Source of the DNA: Myxococcales bacterium
GTDB lineage: Bacteria; Myxococcota_A; Polyangia; Polyangiales; Polyangiaceae
Direction of reading: 5' to 3'
NCBI GenBank assembly: GCA_043747615.1
Contig: JAYTOU010000033.1
Coordinates: 64,001-128,000, forward strand
Length of the DNA: 64,000 nt
Part shown: positions 46,936-56,968 of the stretch, piece after piece
Position numbering within the stretch: the first letter of the stretch is position 1
Layout: the number at the start of each line of letters is the position of its first letter
The notes under the pieces: generated by a model
What the model was told of the DNA's origin: nothing
Databases searched by the model: none
What the model saw: the letters and a program-made list of their open reading frames with translations, nothing else
Made by a program: the position numbers and the translations under genes

Positions 46936-48294
46936 CTAGAGCCCGTGCTTGCGCATCAGACGATAGAGATACGTCCGATCGACCCCGGCGTGCTGCGCGG
47001 CGACTGCCACGTTTCGCTCGTGTCGCTCGAGGATCCGCTCGACGTAGGTGCGCTCACCGAAATCGACCCACTGCTCGCGGAAGCTCTTGAACTCCTGCGC
47101 GAAGGAGACTTCGGACGAGGCGGGCGTGCTCTCGTTCGCCCTGCTCGGCGCCAGCGTGATCGCGATCGTCGTCTCTCCGGTACGAGAGCTCTCGGCGCCC
47201 GAGCTCAACGCGAGCGCCTCGATCGCACCGAGCGCAAGGACGCGTTCGACGAAGTTTCGAAGCTCACGCACGTTGCCGCGCCAGGGCCGCCTCGTGAGCT
47301 CCAAGAGCGTCTCGTTATCCAAGACGGCTGGCGCGGAGAGCGGGAGGAAGTGGGAGACGAGCAGCGCGATGTCCTCCGGCCGCTTGCGGAGCGGAGGGAC
47401 GTTGATCGGGAGCACGGCGAGGCGGAAATACAGGTCTTCGCGAAACTCGCCGGCGTTGACCATGGTCAAGAGATCGCGATGCGTGGCGCAAATGAAGCGA
47501 ACGTTCACTTTGCGATGTGTCGTCTCGCCGATACGGCGAACGGTGCGGGACTCCAGGATCCGAAGGAGCTTTGGCTGCATCGAGATCGGCAGCTCGCCGA
47601 TCTCGTCGAGGAACACCGTGCCATTGTCGGCTGCCTCGATCGCGCCCTCCCGATGCGAGGTGGCCCCCGTGAACGATCCTTTGGCGTGACCGAAGAGCTC
47701 CGATTCGAGGAGCGTGTCTTTGAGCGCGGCGCAGTCCACGACAACGAACGGGCGATCGGCGCGCGGCGAGCTCTCGTGAATCGCCCTCGCCACGAGCTCT
47801 TTGCCGGTCCCCGTCTCGCCCATGATGAGGACCGACGACTCGAGCGGCGCCAAGTGGGCGAGCGAAGCGAAGAGGGTGCGCATGAGCGCGCTCTCCCCAA
47901 CCAGTGAGCAAAAGCGGTTGTTCGGCCAGAGCCTCTCGGAGACGACCTCGGTGCGGAGGCAGTTCACCTGAATCAGGACGGAGCCCAGCTTGATCTTGGC
48001 GCCGTCGCGGACGCGAGCGACCTGAATGAAGACGTCATCCACGTACGTGCCATTGCGACTTCCGACATCGCGAAGCCAGAGGCCGTCGACACGGAGCTCG
48101 AACTCCGCGTGAAGGCGCGACACCGTCGGATGCTGGACGACAACGCCGTTCGCGGTAGCCGAGCCCACGGTGGCACCCTGCTGTAGCCTTGCCGTGTGGG
48201 AGCCGGCGAGGTCCGTCCAAGACAGGACGTGCACCCCGCGTGGCGCGCGGAAGGCAACGGAGAGCTGCGTTTCCTCGAGTGGCTCGGAGGTCAT
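46936..48294 (-). CDS. FHA-domain sigma54-dependent transcriptional activator
   Basis: VSRLH...GSRNGT (FHA); GETGTGKE, ESELFGH.KGSFTGA, FLDEIGE, FREDLYFRL, GNVRELRN; C-terminal HTH. Confidence 0.93.
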   Translation of the reverse strand: MTSEPLEETQLSVAFRAPRGVHVLSWTDLAGSHTARLQQGATVGSATANGVVVQHPTVSRLHAEFELRVDGLWLRDVGSRNGTYVDDVFIQVARVRDGAKIKLGSVLIQVNCLRTEVVSERLWPNNRFCSLVGESALMRTLFASLAHLAPLESSVLIMGETGTGKELVARAIHESSPRADRPFVVVDCAALKDTLLESELFGHAKGSFTGATSHREGAIEAADNGTVFLDEIGELPISMQPKLLRILESRTVRRIGETTHRKVNVRFICATHRDLLTMVNAGEFREDLYFRLAVLPINVPPLRKRPEDIALLVSHFLPLSAPAVLDNETLLELTRRPWRGNVRELRNFVERVLALGAIEALALSSGAESSRTGETTIAITLAPSRANESTPASSEVSFAQEFKSFREQWVDFGERTYVERILERHERNVAVAAQHAGVDRTYLYRLMRKHGL

Positions 48295-48468
48295 CGGCGA
48301 ACTATAAGGTGTCGCGACGCCGTGAGATAGATGCCTTCAAGCGATGCCGTGCGGGCCGAAAAACTGCCTCATGCCATGAACGATCGCCTCGACGAAGGCA
48401 GGCACTGCTACGCGCACTGCCACGCGATGAGCAAGGCTTCCACATGCGCCCGCTCGTATCCGGGCTCA

Positions 48469-49749
48469 CTACGCGTCAGCTACGTCTACCGCCAGCTCCA
48501 TCCAGCGGGTGACGGTTTCGTCTCCTGTCTTCCAGGGGAGATCGGCGAGGTCGTGGGTGAAGGCGGGGCTTGCGTCATCTCCTCCCCGCGCCTCGCTGTA
48601 CTTCGTGAAGGCTGCCTTGAGGATGGCGATCTCCGCTGTGAGATTTTCGTTCGCGGCGAGGAGCTCTTTTTCGAGATGGCGGAAGATCGCCTGAAGCTTC
48701 TTGTCGACCTTGGGATCGAGGGGCTTCGCTTTGCTGCGGCTGCCCCCAACGAAGGCAAGCGCCGCGTGGGCGTGCGCGGCTTCTTTCGGATCGGTAATCG
48801 CCTCGAGGACCGGCCGCGCATACGCCCGATGCGAAACGAGCCACACTGCGGCCTCGGCCTTCACGAGATCCGACGCGAGGAGCCACATCACCACCCGGAC
48901 CATTCCCGGATGCTGGATGGTTCCATGCTCGTGGATGATGCGCTTTTGCAGCCAGCCCGGGAGGCGGAGGAGCTTGCCCATCTTCACGTGATCGAGGAGG
49001 TCGGCCCCCGCGACGTAAAAGAAGCGAGGTGAGTACCAGTGCTCCGATCCGAGCGGGTCGAACATGTCGCGGAGTGCGCCGCGGTCACCTCGCTCCATCG
49101 CCACGGGAAGGGCGAACGACTGCATTCTTTTCCCGCTGCGAAGGGGCGCGTCTCGATCGACGAGGAGCGCGAGGCGGTCGGCGAAGAGGCTCTTCGAGCT
49201 CAAGGCACGTAGGGGCTTCGTGAGCGCCGTGAAGCGATCGACCGGTAGGCGTAGGCCAAGGCAGCCGAGTGCGTTCGCGAGGTGGAATGCGTGATCGCGC
49301 GGATCGGCCGCATCTTCCCAGAGCTTGGGGCTCTTCGCGGCGAGCACGAAGCGTGACACCAGCGCCTCCGCCACCGGCTCTGCGCCGAGGATCGCCTCGA
49401 GAAGAAACACGGCGTCGAGAACGCGAAACTCGTAGCTCTCGGCGGCGAGCGACGGGCAGAGGCGGTCGATCACCTCGCCAAGCACGTAGTCGTCGACGCC
49501 TCGCGGGTCGGCGATTGCCTTCTTCCGCGCATCGATGTCGTCCCTTCCATGCATCATCGCTCGCAAGAAGGCGGAGGCCACGTCGCGGTGCACGTCCACG
49601 CCGAACACGGGAGAGCGCGACGAGAGCTCCTCGACGAGCGTGGTGACGATCGCCCGACGGGCGAGGGGCGCGTCGACTACCCGCCGGAGATGCGGCCATC
49701 CCTGGGCGTAGAGCGCGTCGTCTTCCTTCGAGAAGGAAAAGGTAACCAC
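48469..49749 (-). CDS. Hypothetical helical protein
   Basis: 426-aa ORF with strong GC3 bias and a TAGGCT -10 box 6 nt before the GTG. Confidence 0.75.
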   Translation of the reverse strand: MVTFSFSKEDDALYAQGWPHLRRVVDAPLARRAIVTTLVEELSSRSPVFGVDVHRDVASAFLRAMMHGRDDIDARKKAIADPRGVDDYVLGEVIDRLCPSLAAESYEFRVLDAVFLLEAILGAEPVAEALVSRFVLAAKSPKLWEDAADPRDHAFHLANALGCLGLRLPVDRFTALTKPLRALSSKSLFADRLALLVDRDAPLRSGKRMQSFALPVAMERGDRGALRDMFDPLGSEHWYSPRFFYVAGADLLDHVKMGKLLRLPGWLQKRIIHEHGTIQHPGMVRVVMWLLASDLVKAEAAVWLVSHRAYARPVLEAITDPKEAAHAHAALAFVGGSRSKAKPLDPKVDKKLQAIFRHLEKELLAANENLTAEIAILKAAFTKYSEARGGDDASPAFTHDLADLPWKTGDETVTRWMELAVDVADA

Positions 49750-49763
49750 GTTGCTAGCCTACG

Positions 49764-51647
49764 TTACCGCGAGCGTGGGGCGAGATCGATCGTCACCCAT
49801 ACGTCCGTCCCGGGTCGCCCCAGGCGATGCCCCCCGCTCGCGCGGACGGCGATGCACTCACAGCGATCGCGGATCTCTATGGACGCACGCGCGGCGGTGA
49901 GGAGGCGGGCGGAGAGATCGGCGTCCGCTCCCGCGCGCGTGAGGACGTACGCGGACCAAGGAACGGAGAGGTGCGCGCCGCCGGTCCATCCGTCGGTGGC
50001 CAAGAATCCGCCCGAGGGCTCGAGCGGCGCATCGGTGAGAAGACGTGCGAGGACCGGATCGATGCCGGAGCGCTCGGCGACCGTCGCACCGACCCGGAGC
50101 CCGTCGACTCGTCCGACGCGGGCCCGCGCGACGATGGCGGTGCCGGGGACGCCGCCTAAGACGTGGGCACCTTCGCCGCCGAAGCCGATCCAGCGCGTGC
50201 TCGCCGCGGCCCGCCAGCGCATGGCCGGGAGAGCCGCGAACTTTTCTTCTCCGCTCGCGCGAACGACGGTGTCGTCGTCCGTACCCACCGCGCCTCCGGA
50301 GACGGAGGCTTCGAAGCCTTCACCCGTTGCCCATCGACCGATGGCCGAGCTCACTCCCACCTCGGAAAAATAGGCTGATCCGCGTACGTCGGCCCGACCG
50401 CGTCCGGGGAGCAAATCGAAGATCGCGTCACCGCGCGTGGCGAGCGCTCCCGCCGACAGACGCGGCTCGAGGCGATGACGCCAGGGATCTCCGGACTCGC
50501 CCGAGTCGAAGCTCCGGACGAAGGGAGCGCGGAGATCGGCGCGCCCCATGATAGCGACATCGGCGCCTCTACGCTCACCATTGGAGGCGACCTCGGTTGC
50601 TTCGCGCAGCGAGAGCGATGCGCCAAGGATAGAGGCCCGCGTCGCAAGAAGAGCTCCGCCCTCCGAGCGGCCATAGCTCACGGTCGAGCCGGTGATGCGG
50701 TCGCGAAATCCTCCGCCCGAGACGGCGATGTCGTATGCGCCGAAGCTGCCGATACCCTCGGCTCCGCGGAGAGAGACGACGGGGCCCGCAGCGCCGAAGT
50801 CGTAGGGACTGGCTCCGCGAAGGCTCGTGGAACGAAGGCCGGTGGCGAAAGTGAAGCCGCCTTCGCGGATCGAGGCTTCCATACTTGCGCGATTGACGAC
50901 CCGCGCCGCGACGTCGAGGTCGGTCGTCGAGGTGACCGCGCGCGTTCCCCGGAGCACGTCGGCGTCCCAGGCAAGCGTCTGCACGTTCTCGTCCCGGCGA
51001 TGCTCGAGGGCTCCGCGCGCGTCGACCGCGATGCCGCCAACGTCGAGGTAGTCCCAGCGCACGTTGGTGTGGCTCGACGGCGTCCGGAGATCACCCTCCA
51101 CCGCCACGCCGCCTTTGAGATACGCGCCCGCGCGAAGGTCGAGCCCGTGCTCGAAGTCCCCCTGGCGCCACGGAACGTGCACGCCGTCGCCTAGAAAGAG
51201 GCCGTCTCTCCCGCGGTAGGCGATGTCCGGTGGAAGCAAGCCGAACCGCGCCGGAGATCGGAGCCAGAAATAAGGCAGCCAAAAAACGGGCACCTCGTAG
51301 AGCTCGAGCCGTGGCTGACGCAAGATCAAGTCGCCCGGTGGCGCGACGATCGCTCCGTCGAACGCAATCGAGAGCGGCGTCCCGAGGCACGGACAAAAAG
51401 CGAGCGTGCCTTTTCCGTCGACCTCCACGCCGCGCGACGTCCGGCGAAGGCGGACTTCGTCGCTCCGCAAGTGAAACGGCTCCGAGTCCACGTGCACGTT
51501 TCCCCGGAGCTCGATCTCGCGCAGGCGTGGGTCGAGCGTCACTTCATCGGCGTGCGCATCGAGCGGCAAGATCTCGGCACGAGCCGCGCGGGGTACGGCG
51601 ACGAGAAGAAAAAAAAGAAGCGCGGCGTACGTGCCGTCCCGGCTCAC
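49764..51647 (-). CDS. LptD-like outer-membrane protein
   Basis: Signal peptide, OstA-like AD.V...L.GNV, FCPC, PVFWLPYF, GLLPP; amphipathic barrel strands. Confidence 0.65.
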   Translation of the reverse strand: MSRDGTYAALLFFLLVAVPRAARAEILPLDAHADEVTLDPRLREIELRGNVHVDSEPFHLRSDEVRLRRTSRGVEVDGKGTLAFCPCLGTPLSIAFDGAIVAPPGDLILRQPRLELYEVPVFWLPYFWLRSPARFGLLPPDIAYRGRDGLFLGDGVHVPWRQGDFEHGLDLRAGAYLKGGVAVEGDLRTPSSHTNVRWDYLDVGGIAVDARGALEHRRDENVQTLAWDADVLRGTRAVTSTTDLDVAARVVNRASMEASIREGGFTFATGLRSTSLRGASPYDFGAAGPVVSLRGAEGIGSFGAYDIAVSGGGFRDRITGSTVSYGRSEGGALLATRASILGASLSLREATEVASNGERRGADVAIMGRADLRAPFVRSFDSGESGDPWRHRLEPRLSAGALATRGDAIFDLLPGRGRADVRGSAYFSEVGVSSAIGRWATGEGFEASVSGGAVGTDDDTVVRASGEEKFAALPAMRWRAAASTRWIGFGGEGAHVLGGVPGTAIVARARVGRVDGLRVGATVAERSGIDPVLARLLTDAPLEPSGGFLATDGWTGGAHLSVPWSAYVLTRAGADADLSARLLTAARASIEIRDRCECIAVRASGGHRLGRPGTDVWVTIDLAPRSR

Positions 51648-51657
51648 GCGTCACTCT

Positions 51658-52404
51658 TCAGTGCTTGCGTCGCCCGGCTTTGGTCGACGATCTCGTTGGC
51701 GGTACGGAAGCTGCGGGAGATGCCGGAGTATCGGTTCCAGGCTCGGGCGCGGGCTGCGTGGGCGTGGAAATCACGGTGTCTGCGTCAGCGCTCGGGAGAA
51801 AGATCCCTTTCGGAAATTCAATTTGCAGGATTGCGGAGCCATCCTTCGCGGGGACGACCTTGAAGGCTGGCGTCACGTTCGCGCGAAGCTCGAGAATGAA
51901 GTGGAGATTGCGCCCGAAAGGAAGCAGACGAGCGCGGCTGACCGGTGTGTTGAAGTGCACCGTGACGAGCGCGTTCTCGTTGTTCATCTTCGCCACGTGC
52001 TCCCCTTTGAGGATGTACGTGATGGTGCCCGCAGCCTTTTTTTCCTCGACCGGAACGTTTTGCGTCATCTCGACGAAGAAGCGTGAGCCGCCGTCGGGGA
52101 GCATCTCGAAGCCGGGAAGCGTGGCGACCGGGCCCGCCGCGTGCGAGACGCCGCGATGCTTCGTCGTCGCTGCCTTCGCGGGCTTCGAGTCGCCGTAGCC
52201 ATAGCCTTGGGGATGCGGATTCGCCGGAGCAGTAGCCGGTCCCGTTTCCGTTCCAGGCGTCGCGGACGTGCCCGCAGCTGCTGCCGCTGCGGATCCGCTT
52301 GGCGCCTGAGCAGAGCTCGGGGCTTGCGCAGAGGCCGTGCCGACGAGGAGCGCGGGGAGCACGAACGCCAGCATGGCGGCGCGAAACGGAGGGCGGACAG
52401 CCAT
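51658..52404 (-). CDS. Secreted protein with an AMIN-like domain
   Basis: Signal peptide, low-complexity linker, F.TPVSRARL...L.LELR. Confidence 0.6.
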   Translation of the reverse strand: MAVRPPFRAAMLAFVLPALLVGTASAQAPSSAQAPSGSAAAAAAGTSATPGTETGPATAPANPHPQGYGYGDSKPAKAATTKHRGVSHAAGPVATLPGFEMLPDGGSRFFVEMTQNVPVEEKKAAGTITYILKGEHVAKMNNENALVTVHFNTPVSRARLLPFGRNLHFILELRANVTPAFKVVPAKDGSAILQIEFPKGIFLPSADADTVISTPTQPAPEPGTDTPASPAASVPPTRSSTKAGRRKH

Positions 52405-52468
52405 GGTTCAAGTAGAGCACGTCGCTGGCGACATGCCCAAATTGCGCTCACGTCTTCATGAAGTGCTT

Positions 52469-53776
52469 CTAGAGCGACGAGTTGGTGATTCCCTGGAGCG
52501 CGGCCCGCTGACTCGGTGATGTCTTCGTGACTTCCTTCTTCGGCTTAGTGCCGGTCACCGTCTCGTAAATCTTGTCGAGGTTGGCGGTGATGGTGAACGT
52601 CACGCGCGCATCCGGGCTCCACCAGATGTTGTCCCCGCCGACGAGGCCGCGGCGAGTGCCATTAGGCGCGATCGAGTTGGCTAGGTTGTAGTAGCCGATG
52701 CCGAGCGTGAGCTCGTCGATCACATCGTAGTCGACGCTGGCGAGGAACCAGGTGCTCACCGCGAGGTTCGTGCTGTCGGACGCACGCGGAACGGCCACGG
52801 TGCCCGTCGCGGTCGGAACCGATGCCTCCTTCGGGACGTACTTCCAGTTGTGGATGAAGATCATGTCGAGCGTGAGCGAGAGCTTCGGCGTGATCTGAAG
52901 GCCGGTGTCGAGGACGCTGAGGAGGCTGTGGTTGGTCATCGACCCACCGCGGAGCTGATCGCTCACGAAGGAGCGACCTTCGGTGTCCTGACGGTTGATG
53001 GTCAGGTTGCCGTTCGTGGGGACGGTCGCACGCGAGAACGGGTGCGTGTAGAGCGCACTCACCGCAACGTGCATCTCGTTGAGCGCCTTCGCCGATTCTC
53101 CGTTCAGGGGGATGGTCTGCTTGACGCCGACGCCGACGCCAGGAGTCACGTAAATACCGCTGTCTTGGCTCTCTTTCGAGGTCGGCAGCTTGATGAGCGC
53201 GGTCGCCGAAACATCCGTGTGCTTGAAGGTGCCCTTGTCGCTGAGCGCCGTCTTGTACTTTAGGGTGTTCCAGATGTCGCCGAACACGTCTTCACGGTAG
53301 CTCGTGTTCTCTTGGTTGTTCGTCCACTCCTTGAAGTAGTCGAGCCGAAGAGTGTAGGCGAGGTGCTTGTTGAAGTTCCAACGCGGCCGGAACGAGAACC
53401 ACCACTCGTAGAGCGGCACGTACGACTGCTGCGCCTGCGTGTCGAGGTGCGCGGTCTGGGTGGTCATGCTCTGATCGAAGAAGAGGATCGATCCGGTGAT
53501 CGGATTGAGCTTCTCGTCTTTCTTCTCTTCGGGCGTCACTTCGACCGGCTGGTCTTTTGCTTGTTCCGGCGTGCCACCGAGGGTGACGCTCGCACCCGAC
53601 GAGGGCGCGGTCTGCGGGGCGCTTGCTCCGGACGGACCGGCAGGTTCGGCAGCAGGCGCGGCGGGCGCGTCACCTGAACCTGCCTGGGGTCGCGCAAACG
53701 CGAGCGAGGACGTGAGGAGCGGGGCCGCGACCAGCGCGGTCCGAACAAGAAGGGAGAGGCGAGATAAGGTCTTCAT
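52469..53776 (-). CDS. Putative outer-membrane beta-barrel protein
   Basis: Signal peptide ending AFA, SD AGAGGAG, alternating aromatic beta strands. Confidence 0.7.
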   Translation of the reverse strand: MKTLSRLSLLVRTALVAAPLLTSSLAFARPQAGSGDAPAAPAAEPAGPSGASAPQTAPSSGASVTLGGTPEQAKDQPVEVTPEEKKDEKLNPITGSILFFDQSMTTQTAHLDTQAQQSYVPLYEWWFSFRPRWNFNKHLAYTLRLDYFKEWTNNQENTSYREDVFGDIWNTLKYKTALSDKGTFKHTDVSATALIKLPTSKESQDSGIYVTPGVGVGVKQTIPLNGESAKALNEMHVAVSALYTHPFSRATVPTNGNLTINRQDTEGRSFVSDQLRGGSMTNHSLLSVLDTGLQITPKLSLTLDMIFIHNWKYVPKEASVPTATGTVAVPRASDSTNLAVSTWFLASVDYDVIDELTLGIGYYNLANSIAPNGTRRGLVGGDNIWWSPDARVTFTITANLDKIYETVTGTKPKKEVTKTSPSQRAALQGITNSSL

Positions 53777-54137
53777 GTTTTACTGCTCCTCTGAACGTCT
53801 GGCCGTCTGATGACCGAGGGCGTTCCCAGCACGCCGTCGGCTCGGCGAGCGAGCGGGAATTGCCCCGATCGCGCGCAGGTGTCAACCCAAGCCTGGAAGC
53901 CGAAACTTCCGAGGCCCTGAAACCCGAGCGCTTCTATGCATATTGCGTTCCGCAGCATTCATATACGTAACCACTCTAAATTGTGCATGATTTATCACTG
54001 ACGGCCAGCCGCCGTTAAGGGTCTGACGGCAGAGCGTGCTGAGGGTGACTGCTCCCTGCCCGAGAGCCTGCTCCGAAAAGATCGTTAGCTTGCTAATGAC
54101 CATGTGACCGAAGGCGGATGCCTGCTAACCGGAGCGC

Positions 54138-54545
54138 ATGGATTCAGCAGCCCTTCCGGCCACGGAAATCACCGCGCTCCTCGGCCGTGGCACCACCTTC
54201 GAGGGAAAGCTTCACTTCGAAGGTCGGGTCCGCATCGACGGCATCTTCAAAGGTGAGATCAAGAGCGATGACACGCTCGTCGTCGGCGACGGCGCCGAGG
54301 TGCATGCAGAGATCGACGTCGCGACGGTGATCATTCGCGGCGGCGTTGTGCACGGCAACGTGCGCGCGAAGACGGCGATCGAGGTTCACGCGCCGGGCAG
54401 GCTCGTCGGCAACATCCAGTCCCCCTCCGTCTTCATCGATCGCGGCGTCGAGTTCCAGGGAAGCTGCCGCATGGATCCGATCGAAGAGAAGAAAGCAGCC
54501 GCCAAGGAAAAGCCCGTAGCCCGCGTCGGTCAGCAGACCGCCTAA
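54138..54545 (+). CDS. Bactofilin (polymer-forming cytoskeletal protein)
   Basis: LLG.GT.FEG.L.FEG.VRIDG.F.GEI...G.V.GN...F.G.C.M. Confidence 0.92.
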   Translation: MDSAALPATEITALLGRGTTFEGKLHFEGRVRIDGIFKGEIKSDDTLVVGDGAEVHAEIDVATVIIRGGVVHGNVRAKTAIEVHAPGRLVGNIQSPSVFIDRGVEFQGSCRMDPIEEKKAAAKEKPVARVGQQTA

Positions 54546-54561
54546 GCACCGTCTGGCGCTC

Positions 54562-55035
54562 GTGGAGAAGGTCTCGCGACTGGCTCTCGCTGCAGCGCTG
54601 ACGGCTGCGTGCGCTGGGGAGACCGCGGTGAGGAGCGCGCCGGCCATCGAGCCGCCAGTGAAGCCCTTGGTGCATGAAGCGCCGGACGCGGCCGATCCAA
54701 TGACCGCTTTCGAGGTGCTCGCCGTAGGTGCAGACAGGCTTGCCCCCGCGATGCGCGAGATCGTGCGCGGCGAGAAGAGCGGGGAGAATTCGCTTTCGAC
54801 GGAAGTCCTCCGGGCCGAAAAAGACGCGTGCGTTCGCCTGGCTTTTGCGGCGTCGACGGAGCTCCGCGCGACGCTCGAGGATCAGAGCGGCGCCGTCCTC
54901 GCGGAGACGAAAACGAAGGCGGGTGCGCTTGGTGAGCGAGGCCCGGTTTGCGTTCGGAAGGGCGCCGTGATCCGCGTGCGCTTCGACGGCGAGGGGGCCA
55001 TTCGCATTCGCTTCATCGCCTGGACCTCGCCTTGA
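54562..55035 (+). CDS. Lipoprotein with one Cys-bounded beta-sandwich-like domain
   Basis: LTAAC lipobox; ACVRLAF...LED..G.VLA...GPVCV. Confidence 0.7.
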   Translation: MEKVSRLALAAALTAACAGETAVRSAPAIEPPVKPLVHEAPDAADPMTAFEVLAVGADRLAPAMREIVRGEKSGENSLSTEVLRAEKDACVRLAFAASTELRATLEDQSGAVLAETKTKAGALGERGPVCVRKGAVIRVRFDGEGAIRIRFIAWTSP

Positions 55036-55662
55036 TCACGAACCGCGGCCGATCATTTTTTTCGCCGGACGTGAAACATGCGCGCTCGATGGATCGATGA
55101 ACCGCCACGGCTCGTCCGCGACCGCTCCCGCATAGGCCACCCCTACCCGCGCGGTGACGGCAACGCGCGGACGCTTCGTTCGCGGCGCAATATAGAGACC
55201 CTCGCTCGTGGTGAGATCGATGTCGTTGCAGGCGCGCGTGATTCCGAGGGCGCGCGCGAGACGACCAGGCCCATCGGCGCGCGTGCTGGCGTCGATCCCA
55301 ACGAGCGGATCGCCGCCGCGGATGAGCACCGCGTGGCCGCCGCCGTCTCTCAAGCACACCACGTTGAAGCAATCGTGCATTCCGTAAATCAAGAAGACGT
55401 ACGCGTGACCCGGCGGGCCGAGCAGCGTCCGGGTGCGTTTCGTCAGGCCCACGCGCGCGTGGCAGGCGCGGTCGGTCGGACCACGGTAGGCCTCCGTCTC
55501 CACGATGCGGACCGCACGCACGCCTTCGCGAGTGACGTGGACGAGCGTGGTCCCGATCAATGCGCGCGCGACGATCAGCGCGTCTCGTGCGTAAAACGCG
55601 TGGTCAAGCACCGCGTTGGGTACCGCGAAGCGTGCCGGTTTGGTGGGGACTCCGAGTGCCAT
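55036..55662 (-). CDS. mpg: DNA-3-methyladenine glycosylase (MPG/AAG)
   Basis: FY.RD...VAR.L.G, RIVETEAY, G..G.AYV..IYGMH.C.NVV, AVLIR, GPGRL. Confidence 0.93.
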   Translation of the reverse strand: MALGVPTKPARFAVPNAVLDHAFYARDALIVARALIGTTLVHVTREGVRAVRIVETEAYRGPTDRACHARVGLTKRTRTLLGPPGHAYVFLIYGMHDCFNVVCLRDGGGHAVLIRGGDPLVGIDASTRADGPGRLARALGITRACNDIDLTTSEGLYIAPRTKRPRVAVTARVGVAYAGAVADEPWRFIDPSSAHVSRPAKKMIGRGS

Positions 55663-55699
55663 TTCTCTCGCGCCGTGATACCAAACTTCGGCACTCGAA

Positions 55700-56968
55700 A
55701 TGCGATTCGTTCACGCCGCCGACCTGCACATCGACAGCCCGCTCCGCGGCCTCGAGCGCTACCCGGGGGCACCGGTGGACAAGGCGCGGGGAGCCACCCG
55801 CATGGCGTTCGTGCGGGTGATCGATCTGTGTCTGGAACGGCGCGCGGATTTCTTGATCCTGGCCGGCGATCTCTTCGACGGCGACTGGAAGGACTTTCAC
55901 ACCGCGCTCTTCGTGGTGAGCCAGCTGGCTCGCTTGAAGGAGGCTGGGACGCCCGTCTTCATCGTCTTCGGCAACCACGATCGCCAAAGCGATCTCACGC
56001 CGCGGATCGTGTGGCCGGAGAACGTGAAGGTCTTTTCGTCAGACGCGGCGGAGACGTTCTTGCTCGAGTCCGTCGGGGTCGCCCTCCACGGGCGGAGCTT
56101 CCCCACCGCGGCGGTCACCGAAAATCTGTCGGCCGGGTACCCCGCGCCCGTTCCCGGGATGTTCAACATCGGTGTCCTTCACACAAGCGCGTCGGGCGCA
56201 CGGGAAGGGAGCGAGCACAAGCCGTACGCCCCATCCTCCGTCACGGAGCTTGCGGCAAAAGGGTACGCCTACTGGGCGCTCGGACACGTGCACGGACACG
56301 AGGTGCTCCACGTTCGTCCGCACGTCGTCTACCCTGGAAATACCCAGGCTCGGCACGTGAAAGAGCAAGGCGCGAAGGGCGCGGTGGTCATCGAAGTCGA
56401 CGCGGGGGACGTCGCGCGCATCGAGCACGTGGCCTGCGACGTCATGCGCTGGAGCATCGTCAAGGTCGTTGCCGAGGAAGCAGACGACACCCACGCGCTC
56501 CTTCGCCGCGCGAAGAGCGAAATCACGAAGGCGCTTGCAGACGCGGACGGACGCACCCTCGCGGTTCGTCTGTCGTTCGAAGGAAAGTGCGCGGCCCATC
56601 CGATGCTTGCGCGCCTCGAGGATCGGGCGCGCTTCGTCGCCGACGTCCGCGCGGCCGCGAGCGACGTGAGCGAGGCCGTATGGGTAGAGAAGGTGATCAT
56701 GACGACCGCGCCGCGGGTGAACCTCGAGGCCCGGCGCGCCGGTCACGATCTGGTCGGCGATCTTCTACGGGAGACGCGCGCCCTCGGCGAACGTCCCCTG
56801 CTCGCCGACGAGCTCGGTCCCGTCTTCCAGAGCCTCCGCTCGAAGCTTGCCGCCGGCGCGGGTGAAGACGCGATCCGCTTCGACGATCCCGAGCGGGTGC
56901 GGGGCTGGGTCAAAGAGGCCGAGCTTGTCCTCCTTCATCTCCTTGCCAACGACGACGAAACGCCTTGA
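55700..56968 (+). CDS. Mre11/SbcD-family metallophosphoesterase nuclease (YhaO-like)
   Basis: HAADLH, AGDLFD, GNHD, LHT, YWALGHVH, YPGN.Q. Confidence 0.92.
   Translation: MRFVHAADLHIDSPLRGLERYPGAPVDKARGATRMAFVRVIDLCLERRADFLILAGDLFDGDWKDFHTALFVVSQLARLKEAGTPVFIVFGNHDRQSDLTPRIVWPENVKVFSSDAAETFLLESVGVALHGRSFPTAAVTENLSAGYPAPVPGMFNIGVLHTSASGAREGSEHKPYAPSSVTELAAKGYAYWALGHVHGHEVLHVRPHVVYPGNTQARHVKEQGAKGAVVIEVDAGDVARIEHVACDVMRWSIVKVVAEEADDTHALLRRAKSEITKALADADGRTLAVRLSFEGKCAAHPMLARLEDRARFVADVRAAASDVSEAVWVEKVIMTTAPRVNLEARRAGHDLVGDLLRETRALGERPLLADELGPVFQSLRSKLAAGAGEDAIRFDDPERVRGWVKEAELVLLHLLANDDETP

Noticed and set aside
53946..53973. dif-like site (GTTCCGCAGCA TTCATA TACGTAACC)
   Set aside because: The conserved ATAA-N6-TTAT core is absent and the arm spacing is off
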